Translations under genes and position numbers: made by a program | Assembly: GCF_018350175.1 (NCBI RefSeq) | Contig: NC_058368.1 | Location: 189,040,001-189,104,000 of the forward strand | DNA from: Felis catus | Taxonomy: Eukaryota | Direction: 5' to 3' | DNA: 64,000 nucleotides | The notes under the pieces: generated by a model | Database searches by the model: none | The model's input: the letters and a program-made list of their open reading frames with translations, nothing else | Told to the model about the DNA's origin: nothing | In this document: positions 25,510-37,845 of the stretch, piece by piece | Position numbering within the stretch: the stretch's first letter is position 1 | Layout of the letters: each line of letters begins with the position of its first letter

Positions 25510-26489
25510 GCAGATGGATGCGCACATGTGCACACTGGCCCACAGAGGAGCCAGGAGCCTCAACGATTTTACCAGCCAAGCAATGCAATCCCCCTATAGT
25601 GACTGAATTGTGAGTCCAGAATCTGGCCATTGTAGAATGCCATCCTCCATGCTACGAGTCTGAACCAAGCTCTTCACATACAGCTGCTAATTAGTCCCAG
25701 TGAGCCTTCTGGTCAATTAGTTATGTGCCCTGGCTCATTGATGAGGAGGCATGTGTGAACTCAGAAGCTTCTATGATCTACAGCTTTAGATCCCTTGTGG
25801 ATAAGACACTCTGCTCGATAAAACCAACCTCATCTGGAGTCAAACGTTCCCCAAACACCCAGTAGGCACCTTCTCCTGTTAAATGGTTTCACTTTAAATT
25901 CTATCAAAACCATGAGTCTTTCCAGTTGTCCACCCAATGCTTTCCCTGCTTTTGCAAGTGTTGGATATGATAAGGTTAATGATGCTTGTAAAAGGCCTCA
26001 AAAACTTAGCAAATAAGCCATAGACCACAGAAACTTGATGACCAGAGCTAATAGGCCATCACACAACCACCATCTTGATCATTTGTGGTGGGCATTGTTG
26101 ATACACTTTTGCTCTAGAATAGAGCCCAACTGGAAGTAATGAAAGAGTGTAATGAACAAGTTAATAAGTAGAGAAGCTATCGTCATTTTCTTAAAAAGGA
26201 AATACATGTTTCTTAGTTTGGTCATTTAGTATACATTTTCTTTTGTTTTTGGAATTCTGTATTAGATGCACATCCTTGTATTCGATACAGAAGGTAAAAA
26301 AAAAAAAAATTAACAAGAGGCCCCTGCTCCCAGAACACTCACAGTCTCAGACAAGACAAATCTATGCCCATCAAAGCAGTTTAGAAAGTTGAGAGTGACA
26401 GACACATGCGTGTCACACTGCCCCACCGTAGAAAACAGACATCTACACCTCTACACACTGGCCTCCACTTTCCTTAAGGCCTATTTCTT

Positions 26490-26920
26490 GCAAGCGTTCA
26501 TTCACTCATCCATTCACATACACTGTGAAAATTTACTATGCACCTGGCACTGGGTGAGTTGTGATAGATTCCACAGTAGGAGCAGTGACGCTGGTCCTGC
26601 CCTCATGGAGCTTATAGTTTAGTGGGAAACAGATGTTAAGCCACTACACAAGTCCATACTAACAAACGCACAATGGCAATGAAGAAAAAGTCCAGAGTGC
26701 TCTGGAAGTATATTACAGTGGGATCTGACTTAACCTGAAGGGCTGGGGAAGGTTTCTAGAGAAAGTGACATTTCAGAGGAAATGTGACGGATTAGGTAAC
26801 CAGGTTAGGGCAGGCACCTTAGGTAGAGGGAATGAAGGCACGTGTAAGGATGTGAGCTTTGGGGATGGATCTGTGCATTCAGAAACAGAAAGGCTCTGGG
26901 ACTAGAGTGTGCAGATGTGA
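26490..26920 (-). mobile_element. L2 LINE fragment (approximate)
   Basis: cattcactcatccattcac...tttactatgcacctggcactg...ggtcctgccctcatggagcttatagtttagtggg is the reverse-complement L2 3' end. Confidence 0.75.
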
Positions 26921-28269
26921 GGAGGACACTGCAGAACTTGGAAAGTTCGATTCACAACACATACCGAGCACCTGATGTATGCTGCTTGGCACTGTACTAG
27001 ATGCTACGATACACAGGGAAACCAGTCATACTTCCTGCCCATTGGGCCCAAGTCTCAGCTCAGCTTGGCACATAAATTCACAGCCCTGTGTTTGCTGGTA
27101 AAGCAAGAGGGGGTGAGCTGGGGTAAAAGCAGGGAGCACCTTGCTTGCTCTAGGCAGTTGCCCCCACATGGGAATGTGGGCCCAGTGAGGTCCATCTTTC
27201 ATTTTTCAAAAATGCTATATGTATTATTGGATTTTTTTTTTGGTGTGAAATTTTCATTTTTTAAAAATGTCATCTAATCCAAAAATAGTGTTTTAAAAAC
27301 ACTTCATTGGGCATACAAAATCCATGAGCCTCAGGAATGTTAGTTTGGGACTTCTGGCCAAAAGACAAGTTACTAAAGGAGATGTTTACACAGCCTGACA
27401 TGAGGGTCATAGTGATCTGCCCTATCCATGGAGATCAAGGAACACTGCAAAGAGGGAATGCCTGAGCGGTGTGAATAGGAGCTCTCCGAGCAGATAAAGG
27501 CAAGTAGACCATGGAAGGCCATGGTCAGTGCCTTTGGCTATATGAGAAAAAAATAACTAAAATTAATGGAAAGTAATGGGAATATGGGAAAATGGAATAT
27601 GTAATTGGGAAAAAAAATCTGTATATTCTGCAGTGGCCACATTCAATGTGAAAATGTATGCATCATTCTCCCCCCATCTCCTTTTGCCTTGCAGAAAGAC
27701 TCCCACAAGTGAATTCACTTTTAGGTAGACTTCTAGAGAAGTGAAGTCTCTCCAACACACCATGCTCAGGGCTGTGCCTGCCCTAGCATGCTTCATATCA
27801 CACACTTTCTCAAGACTATTGCTGCTAGAATTATTACCCTCTGTCTCCAAAATCATCAATTTCTCCTTACTCAGAAGTACTTTCTTATCAGCCCACAATC
27901 CGATCCCATTTTAAAGGAAAGAAGAGAACTATTTGACCTCACTTTGGTTTCAATGTGCCGCCTTTCCACTCCCTGTTATAGCAAGTGCCCTCAGAGGATT
28001 TGTCAGAGTCTATTGTCTTTCCTCCTTCATTTCTCTTCTTTTGCTCTTCATATGACAACGGATGTTTACTGTAACCATGAGTGGTGGTGAGTTGCAGACG
28101 TTGTAAACAGGGATCAAACATATATTTCCCTCGTTGCCACATAGGGAATGAGTTGAAGAGAGGCAGAGGGGAAATGGAGGGTAACTAAGAAGCCAGTGCA
28201 CATTCAAGGCAAAAAATGAATAGCTTGGACCAAGAGGACAGAAAAGAAGAAAATAGATAGGATTAGAAG

Positions 28270-28515
28270 TATTGAGCATTGTGATTGTAGTCAACAATAG
28301 TGTTATCATATACTTCAAAGTTGCTGAGAGAGTAGATCTTATTTGTTCCTACCACAGAAGGAAATGATAATTATGTGACGGGATGAAGGTGTTAGCTAAC
28401 ACTATGGTAGTGATCACATTGCAAGATATAAATGTGGCACCTCAAGCCATTGTACACTGTGTAATTTGAACTTACGCAACGGTTTATGTCAAATATACTC
28501 AATAATTTTAAAAAA
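28270..28515 (+). mobile_element. Old L1 (L1MA-like) 3' UTR fragment
   Basis: aaagttgctgagagagtagatctt...ataattatgtgacgggatgaaggtgttagctaac...tatgtcaaatatactcaataa followed by an A-rich tail. Confidence 0.75.
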
Positions 28516-29866
28516 TGGAGAAATACTTAGCGAGAGAGAACCACCAGGATTTGGCAACCGATGCAATGTGGGGATTGAGGGAGGAAAAAAGTCAAGATCA
28601 AACTCCATTTTCTGACCGGGGCAACTACTATTAAAGATACGGTTGATTTCTTGGGGTGGTTTCTTTGCTATAAAGCTGTGGAGCTGGGTGGTGAAATCCC
28701 TTCCTATTGTTCCCTGTGCTTTCCTTCCCTCTCCCAGCCATGATCTTCTCCAGAGGCCTCTATATTTACATTAGGAATGAAATTCAGTTTCCGGAACTGG
28801 AAATATTTTGTTACTTTTTTTTTTTTTTAACTTAAGCATCAAGCAGTTTTATCTCTTTTCTCTGGAGAATTATGCTGCAGTGGGACCGATTTTTATCTAC
28901 TTGGCATACTTTTTTCCCACCGATTGTAGAATTTCCACATTCTATATTAAGAATGAAAGTTCTGAACCCTGGAATGAACCACAGGCTTGAGGTCGGCTTT
29001 CTGCAGGAAATGTCTTGCACAGGGAATTGGGCTAGAAGGAGAATCTAGTACTCTAGAAAGGAGCTGACCAAATGTCAACAAAAAGGAGGGAGTCCCATTG
29101 AAGTTGATTTGCTCCATAGGATAGATTTGGGTGGGATCCTGGCAAGGATGGTAGCAGCCATAAGATGAAAGAATGCAAAGGGAAAGGAATTAGAACCGGG
29201 CAGTAGCCATGGCTTTCTGTAACATAGGTGTTCATTCAAGATATTCTTACTAAGGGCTTTCTTTGTGTCAGGCACTGTGCTAAGGATTGGGGTGTGATTG
29301 TGTCTTAAATAGACACGTTTCCTTCCTCCATTACTGTCTGAGGAGGGCACAGATAGGAATCAAGCAATCACACCAATATATAATTTCACATTGTGGTAAA
29401 TGTTTCTGTAACCCTAATATATCTGAGAGAGTATATGGCTCTACCTCGGCACACATTCAAGCCTATGTCAACACCCAGATTTAGGTAGAAAGAAATGGGA
29501 TTTTTAAAAATTCAAATCCCTTAAGGACCATTAAAAATAATCTAAATGTAAAGTTCACAGCAATTCCTACTGAGCTTCTCTTTCCTCTACTATCCTTTTC
29601 CTTACTCCTCACCTTATTCAGACACTGGTTTCCTCAACCCATCTGACAAAAAGCCTATTCTGAGTTTGCATGCTTTTTCTTTTTTCCTCCTCTCTTTGCC
29701 CATCTCTCTCATTGCATTGCATCGTTCTCAACTATGTCTTTTCCCAGCAAGAAAATCTTTCATCTTCAGTGGAGCTGGGAAAAGGGGAGGTATTGGGATA
29801 ACCAAATATGATTCCCTTTGGCAGGCTGTGAGAGGGGAAGGTCCATAAATACTTCCTCGTTAATGT

Positions 29867-31284
29867 TTGACCTGTTATATTCTGAGGGGCAAGACTAGAA
29901 AGCCATGAACATATCCAGCAAGATGCAGTGATGTGCTCATGCAAGAGAGCAGACCTGACGGGGCAGGAGTTAGCAAGGCAAAGCTGGAGCGAAGTGGCGA
30001 GACCATTCTAAATGGAGGCAGCAGTCACCACAGAGTGGATAGCATTCGATTTTCCCACTCACGATGTCCCTCCTTCTCAGTTTATCTCCTCCTTCTGTCA
30101 TTTCCTTTTTTAATGCATCCCTACATTCTCCTACATTCTTCCCTTCATCTCTGTCTATGCGACACTCCTCATCAGTGTTCGGTTCACTGGTAGCTCTTCA
30201 AGCAGAGCCATTACTCTGGTTATTCCCATACCCCTCTGGCTAGCCCCTTCCTTCTCTTTGCCATCACTCCTACCTGCCTCATGAGTGTCTGTGCATGGAA
30301 TTCTAGGGACTTGGTCAATTTCTCTTCATCCTTTAAAAGCAGCTACAACCAGCTGAAAGATTAGAGGTCCCCAATATTGTTCTTTATGATTCAAAGGTTA
30401 ATGTTCCTACCCTACATTTAATGCCCTAGGAACACTGAGAGCCCAATGTGCTCAACTGAAAAGGCCAATGTTAAGCCCTATTCTGTCCCACAAGGACAGA
30501 ATATTATGACACACCCTAATGTCCAGCAAAATGCCAGTTTGCTTTGTTAAACTTAAGGTGAACCTAGAAAAGAGCGTAAAAATCAACACGGAAATGGTGC
30601 AAATGGCAATTGGCATTCTCTTGTTGGGGGCCTACTTTTATATGAGGTGATATTTTAGTAACTTTATAGAAATTTGTTAAATTCTCAATGGTCCTTAACG
30701 GTGCAATTATCCTCAATTAAAAGTGAATTGCTCACCAACTTTGTACGAGGACAGAGGGTCTCCATTGGACCTTGAAGCCCATTTGTTTAAGACATATATG
30801 GACACAAGATTTGGTATATCTATGGAATGTATTAGCTCAATAATCAGTATATGCTAAAGATGGGTTTGAAACAATCACTCAAATTTTCTAATCCTGTTTT
30901 TTCCTCATCCATTAAAAAGAAGTGACAATAGTAGTATTTATCTTAAAAGATATCTAAGAAGATGTTAATTAAATAAGGCACATAAGGAGTTATCATTCAG
31001 TACCTGGTGCATATTAACCACTCTGTTAGTATTAGAAATTGTGATTCCAGTGTGTGCATGTATGTATGTGTTGAGATATATCTATATCCATATCTATATC
31101 TATATCTATATCTATATCTATATCTATATCTATATCTATACCTAGATATACCTCCACTTCGCTCCAGCTTTGCCTTGCTAACTCCTGCCCTGTCAGGTCT
31201 GCTCTCTTGCATGAGCACAACACTGCATCTTGCTGTATATGTTCATGGCTTTCTAGTCTTGCCCCTCAGAATATAACAGGTCAA
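29867..31284. repeat. Inverted repeat: 131-bp arms (29867-29997 and 31154-31284), 128/131 identical, 1156-bp spacer
   Basis: Manual base-by-base comparison. Also seen as near-identical ORF starts MLMQESRPD.AGVSKAKLERSG on opposite strands (29933+ and 31218-). Confidence 0.95.
31075..31150. repeat. (TATATC)n hexanucleotide microsatellite
   Basis: Read directly from the sequence; source of the YRYRYR/DIDIDI spurious ORFs. Confidence 0.95.
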
Positions 31285-31733
31285 GCATATTATACTATAA
31301 CAGGTCAAATATATTATACTATATTTAACTTATCTCAAAATGATAGACATTAAGGTCTTATTTCTTAATATTATATACAACACTATGATGGACTTCCTTG
31401 CCTTAAAAAAATAAATTTTTGCAAGTCCTCCTCATTTCTTACAAGCTACCTGTATAGGATCCCTGGCATCCAAAGGGTCACCAACAAAAAAACGATTCCT
31501 CCTTTAACAAAACAAAATGTTTCCAACAGCTTCCCTATCAAACCAAAAGATGATGTGTAGTTGATGCGTGTTACAAGCACAACCACAACAATAGATATCC
31601 CCCAAATAATTTCTTTTCATTATACTTTAGTACCAGAAAAGGTACCAGTGAGCTCCAGACAGGAGAGAAGAATCATTCTGAATATTGTCACATGCCAAGG
31701 GAAGCAAACTCTGGCAATAAGTCTACAGGGCAA

Positions 31734-31934
31734 GGGGTGCCTGGTTGGCTCAGTCGGTTAAGCTTTAGACTTTGGCTTAGGTCAAATCTCATGGTTTGTG
31801 GGTTTGAGCCCCACGTTGGACTCTGTGCTGACAGCTCAGAGCCTGGATCTTGCTTCAGAGTCTGTCTCCCTCTCTCTATGCCCCTTCCCTCTCTGTCTCT
31901 CTCTCTCAAAAATAAATAAACATTGAAAAAAATT
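31734..31934 (+). mobile_element. Can-SINE (tRNA-derived, feliform SINEC_Fc-like) with target-site duplication
   Basis: ggggtgcctggttggctcagtcggttaag head, ctctgtgctgacagctcagagcctgga, CT-rich tract and aaataaataaa tail. TSD aagtctacagggcaa (31719-31733) / aaatctgcagggcaa (31935-31949). Confidence 0.92.
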
Positions 31935-32409
31935 AAATCTGCAGGGCAAGGGCTTGACACAGCTGCTCAGTGGAAGAGGATAAGGTGAAAAGAGGGTAAC
32001 CTGGGGACATGCGGAAGAAGAGTGAAGAGCTATTTCTTACACGTTGGCATCTATAAATCATCTCTTGTTGTGTGATCCTGCTATGCCCCTTCAGAGTTCA
32101 AAAATATAAATGTTACAGGTTGAGGTGAAATGTAATTAGGTGAAGTTTTGATATGATTAACAAAGTCATGAACTCTTAGGAGCTTATTTGCATTCAGAAC
32201 AAGAAATCTCTTGAAATCACTTATCCCTTCTTTACTCACTCACTCAAATATTTAAGTGGCTAGTATGTGTCCATCATTGTCCTAGGAGCTAGGTGTAAGA
32301 GGCACTGGAAAATAATTCAGTAAAAAAAAAAAGACAAAAGAAAATTAAGAGACAAGCATGTAATGACAAGTTCAGAAGAGCCCCGTGAGGAAAACTGGCA
32401 AGGTGCTGT

Positions 32410-34010
32410 CTACCTTCTCATCTTACTGATGTTGAGTTTAGCTATGTGACTTATGTACGGGGAACATTAGCTGGCATGATAAAGGCAGAGGCCATAGACA
32501 TGACTGTGAAGTTTTATTTGGTTCTTACACTCCAGAGATTCACCAGAAGAAGATATTCTCCCAGGAAGCTGTTGAAACTTCCACCCAGTTCTCAAGTGTC
32601 CACACATGGAATAGGCCAGACCCTCCTGACAAAAGCTAAGCTTCACTGATCCTCAGCCTGAAGCAGGGTCATGAGCCACTCTGACAGTATTGGCTGTCCC
32701 TCACATATACTGCCCTGCAAATCTACAAGCATGAGAATTAATACTTGCTATGGCTACAAGCCCTTGAGCTTTGGAACAATTTGTTATGTGGCATTGATTA
32801 TAGCAATAGTTGACTGACACAGAAATAGAAACCTACAAGTGGGTGCAATTATAAGAAAAACCTGAAAAAAATTATTTTCAACCTCGGTGGTAGGTGGTAA
32901 GGGAACTATAGGAGATCTGGAGAATAATAACCTGTGTTACTCAATGGTGAAATGTTTAGTAAGCATTTAGTAAAACATGTAGGTGAAGTGGTACCCGTGA
33001 TAATCTAGAAAGGCAGACATGTACCTATTGACTCAGGGATAGTGTGAAGAGATTTGGAACTGGAATATTAAAAGCCTGAATTGGCTGTAGGTAGTCACAT
33101 TTGATAAGGTGCCACACGAAAGAGATAAGCTCAGAAAAGAATGGTCTGGTTTACAGACACAACTGAGAGAAAATACAGAGAACTCAGAAAATCGGGGATA
33201 TGCTGTGTAGAAAGTGATACTGTTTCTCATCTCTGTACTCTCCACCCAGTAAAATACCCTTAAAGTAAAATAAAGCTGGGGGTGGGGGGGTGTGGATAGA
33301 CCAAGAACACGAGCATTAAGATAAAGCCCAGGAGAATAGATAGTCTAAATCAAGAGTGTGGCCATTACAACCTTTTTAAAGACCCCTGAAAAGATTAAGT
33401 AGATCCTTTTGGCTGCATAAAGGCCTCTTAGATCACATAGAAGCTCCAGGTGCCCAAATTAAGAACCACAATTAACTCTAGAGAGAATGGCATTTTTAAA
33501 AAGAATTATGAGTATGACTTCAGTGCATAGAATTTACTGGAATTAAATACATAATCAACCCACTCAGTTTTTCAGACCAGTGCATTGGCAATTATTGTAG
33601 CCATCCTGGACTAGAAGAGATTGTGGCTGTTAGAGATGTAAAAAGACATCTCAGCCAGTGAAATTTCTACAGCCAGGAAGAAGACTGAGAATGTTGCTAA
33701 ATTTCTGAAAGGGAGAAATCCTTCCTTGCTTGCCCTTTTACAAATGACTGAAAAGTAAAAAGAAAAGTTCCCCAGAAGGCAGAGTCAAGAGTTGTAGAAA
33801 ACAATCCTCTAAGAATCTACTTCAAGGAAGCAGAGTGTGGATGGAGTAAAGTTTCCCAACATATTGATGTTGGGTTAGCCATGTGACTTGCTTGGGCCAA
33901 TGGGATGTTAATGGATATGATGTGAGTGGAGGCCATGTGGCTTGCTCAGGGTGGTTTTGGTCTGGCAGCATTACTGTGGCAATAGTTGACCCAGAAATTC
34001 CTTCTCTTGG
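32410..34010 (+). mobile_element. ERVL-MaLR (MLT1-type) remnant: LTR (~32410-32821), degenerate internal region, partial second LTR (~33835-34010)
   Basis: Related LTR motifs tactgatgttgagtttagctatgtgactt and tattgatgttgggttagccatgtgacttgcttgggccaatgggatg. LTR end ttgttatgtggcattgattatagcaatagttgactgacaca is followed by internal-like sequence. Confidence 0.6.
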
Positions 34011-34774
34011 ATAAAACTTGGACCATATCATCCTAATTGACCTTGAATGCACAATTAAAGCAGCTCCTTTTAGTCATGTTCTCTGACACCACCACTTACT
34101 ATTTTCTTCATAGCTCTGTTCTTTTTCTGGAGTTATCTCATTTATGTATTTATTTGTAAGCATTTTTATTTACTGCCATATCTGGGTTCCTAGAAATGTA
34201 CTTGGCTCACAGCAATAATGAGTAGATGCCCTTGGATTTAAAGGTCCCTTCTCTATCATTCTCACAAAGTGAGGTTGCATTTGGGATATTATAGAGCCAT
34301 TTGGTTTCTGCTTTCAATAATGCTTCAAAATATTGATATAATTAGTGTAAAGGGCATCTTTGATCTGGGATAGTTATAAGTAATTAGGAAGATCCATATG
34401 CTATAAGCTCTAATTTAGTGATATCTGGACAACAGCAGAAAGTAGAATCATTTCTCCACAATGATTTAGGAAAGCAAGTAATCTGGGAGACCAAAAGGTT
34501 TTTTTGCTTGAGTTGTGATGAGCAAGATGACTACAGCATTAATTCTAGTATATTCATCTTTAATGTTTTGATTGTTAATTAGGCGGTCTATAGAGAGCAA
34601 AATAAAAATTTTTGTACATGACAGAAATTGATGAGATCAAAATGAGGTACCATACAATAAAACTCAGTTATAAGGAATAAAACCTAAGAAATGCCAAGCT
34701 TTATTACTCAATGGCCCTCAGGGTACCTCTGCATTTTTTTTGTCCATGGAGATCTCTCAAGACTAGTTGATTCC

Positions 34775-34885
34775 TTTATTCATTCAACAGACACTATGGA
34801 ACTGGCAAAACCATGGTGAGCAAAGGAGTTGTCTCTGTCTTTCAGGCTCTTTGTCTTTGGCTCTTGTCCAGTGAAACAGGCGTGT

Positions 34886-34926
<41 letters not shown>

Positions 34927-35250
34927 CCTAACTGTTCTGAAGGCTTTATAGGGGATGGAAAACCAGGAGATCATCTAGTTAGATACCTGACTTTGTTTGG
35001 GCTACGAAGGAAGTCTTCCCCTGAGAAAATGGTGTTCAAGCTGAGATCCGAAGGATGAATAAGGCAAGAAAGCACATTAAAGAGAGAGTTTATATCATGT
35101 GCGATGGACCTGAAATATATCAGCATGGCTGGAGCAAGGGAAAGAGGTGAAAGATGAGGCCGGATAGATGGCAAGACCCAGACCATGCAGAGCTTGGGGT
35201 TCGTCAGGAAGGAATTTGATTTTTATCTAAGGAGTAAAAGGAAGCCATTA
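34775..35250 (-). mobile_element. L2 LINE fragment containing a (TG)n tract at ~34887-34925
   Basis: tttattcattcaacagacact start; ggaagtcttccctgagaaaatggtgttcaagctgagatccgaaggatgaa-like segment; ggaatttgatttttatctaaggagtaaaaggaagccattaaaagg. Confidence 0.7.
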
Positions 35251-37199
35251 AAAGGTTGATGGAGAGATTTATCGAGCAGCTTCCAAGAGACTCAGGTAGA
35301 CATTGCTGACAAATATTGGGGAGCACTTACTTGGAAGACAGTTCTCAAATAACTCTCCTTCCACTAGTGAGCGCCTGTGGATTAGAACGTAATGTAACAA
35401 AGTTCTATTTACCTCATCATGTCCAGGATGCCATGTGTCAACTTGTAATAGTTGGTTCACCTTTACCTTTCCATGAAGCCCGTTATATTTTAAACAATAC
35501 CCATCAGATCTCGTAAGGCTTGATATTTATTTTATTTCAACTATCACTCTTTTTTGTCAAGTGTAGTCTCACGCACAGCAGGTGAACCTTAATGGTTTAA
35601 GGAATAAATAGAAAACTGACGGGCTCACACCCATTAGCTAATGGATTACTAAGCAAAAGGGACTACATTCCACCCCAGTGCACTTAGCCCAGGGTTGCTG
35701 GGAATTTTAAAGACTCCAAGCTAATGCTTCATGGGCCCAGGGGAAAGGAGCTCAAACTCAAATATGGCTCTTTTGATAGACAGGTGAATGAATGTGGCTA
35801 TCATTATGTAATCACACAACTTAGGAGTTATTTATTATCGACTGCACAACACATTCTAGGAACGTATTGGAGGCACTTGGCTTGCCACCTTGGTACGTTT
35901 GTTGGCTATAACCTGGCAGACAGAAGGGCTCTGGTGGGAGGATCCCAGCCACCTTGCTTGTACTGACTCCATCGGTGTCCTAATATTTCATGGGAAAATA
36001 TGTAAGGAAAAGCAGGCTATTTTAAACACATCTCTTTGAGGTAAAGGTGTGTGACATTCTCTTATCTGGAATGCTCCACATCTTTGTAAATTAGCCACCT
36101 TGCATGTTTTGCCGAGACCTTCTTTCCACAGACTTTAGTCAGTTGTCTCAGATATATGTGCCTCATTAGCATCTGAGCAATGCAATCACTTTTTTATCCC
36201 GAATCTCATGATTTTATTGGGCTATTAAGAGCTTGATTTGTGGGCAGTGGGAACAGCAAGAGAACTCATGCCATTGATCACGTTATCCAGGAGGTGTCCA
36301 GCAGAGTGAAGAAACCAGCAAGTGCAGCCCCAGAAACACGCAGGGTGGGGCTGGGCACAGCCCGCACAATGACAAGCCCACCCTCAGAGCTCCAGCTCAC
36401 ACATCACCGGAAGCTATTGGCCCATATGGTGGATTGGGAGGGAGGGGCAGGAAGGGACTGAATATCACCCACTTCCAAAGGAGATTCTCAACATGTTCGT
36501 GGTTTCAGGAAAAGGTACCAAAAACATAGTAAAGGGCCACACTAAACTATGTCCAGTCTACCTCAGGAAAATCAGTAACTAATGATCAACCTCTTGATCT
36601 TTGCTCTGATTCAAGGCCAAAGAATCACAATCCCTTAGCAGCAGAAGGGATAACCTTAGAAATTCTTCTTCTAATGCTGTCATTTACAGGATGAGAAGAG
36701 ATTCAGAAAAGGGCAGCATCATACCTAATGTCACACAGCAAAGGCAGAGCTGGCAATGGAAGTTCTGTCTCTACCCCTAGTATAAGAGCCATTGTTCTCA
36801 TTTCCTTTTGTGCTCCCCTCATGCCTGGGGAAGGGGAAACAAAGATTTGCCAAGAGGACTTGTAAAGCCAAAGAGTTAAATAAAAACAAAAAAAAACAAA
36901 TTACTGAGGGCTTCTCATAAAATAATATCCAAGAAATATTAAAACATGTCATTTTTAGAAAGCCCATGTAATTTCTAATTTCTGAAGTGAATTTAATGAC
37001 CACCCAGTAATATATGGACAGAATTCTCTGCAAGGATCAGGGTAAATTAATTAGCAAACACACAGATCCAAGCTCCTTCCTCCCAGCACTCAGCCCTTCA
37101 GATGAGATGAGCTCTCTTGGAGAAGTCTGGAAGTTAGGAAATGCTTGCAGCTATGTAGGCAAAAGATGAGGGCCCTTTCTGACTGCATTTCTGTATCTC

Positions 37200-37845
37200 T
37201 TCATATTCTGCTCCCCATTAGCAGCAAGTGTGGTCTCTATAAGTTACAAATCAGATCTTAAGAGAAGATCTTATGGGAAAGAGCTGAAAGATGAGGCCAG
37301 ATAGACAGCAAGACCCAGACCATGCAGAGCATGGTGTTCCCACCACTTATACTGAAACACCTGCCTCTTTTCAAGGACATAAAGCCTTATAGGATGAGAG
37401 CCTTGCTTATCTCTCCAGCTGCATCTCATACCCCTCTCCCATTGGCCCATTTTGTCCCAGCTATAAACCATGCTCTTTCCCACCACAGGACCTTTGCACT
37501 TGCTCTTTCTTTCACATACAAGGAAGTTTTTCTTTATATGTCTCGTACCTTCTTATCCTTTAGGGCTTGACTCGCATGTCACTTTCTCAAATGCGCTATT
37601 TGAGTCTTACAAATCCTAACCCTTCTCCAATCCAGATGTGCCTTACCCCAAACTCTTGTGTTTCTTTGTTCTGGCACTTAGCCCAAGTTCTGCTTATTAT
37701 ATACGCCTATTTACTTGTTTGCTTGTACCTCCCATTAGAATGTGGGCATCACAAGGGCAAAGCCATGTCTATACCACATCCTCAGCAAATGTTTCGGTGC
37801 CTGGTAAAACATAAGTGTTAGTAAGTATTTGGGGAGGAATAAAAA
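37200..37845 (+). mobile_element. L2 LINE fragment (approximate)
   Basis: caggacctttgcacttgctct...cccattagaatgtgggcatcacaagggcaaag...gtgcctggtaaaacataagtgttagtaagtatttg. Confidence 0.65.

Noticed and set aside
30997..31276. ORFs with YRYR/DIDI/LYLY repeats, and HTHT/CVCV ORFs elsewhere
   Set aside because: They are translations of microsatellites.
29867..31284. The inverted arms as terminal inverted repeats of a DNA transposon
   Set aside because: No target-site duplication, no recognisable TIR end motif, no transposase remnant, and the spacer contains older host sequence. Retained as a local duplication instead.
31734..31810. tRNA-like A/B box sequence
   Set aside because: It is the tRNA-derived head of a Can-SINE, not a tRNA gene; the same holds for the other three SINEs.
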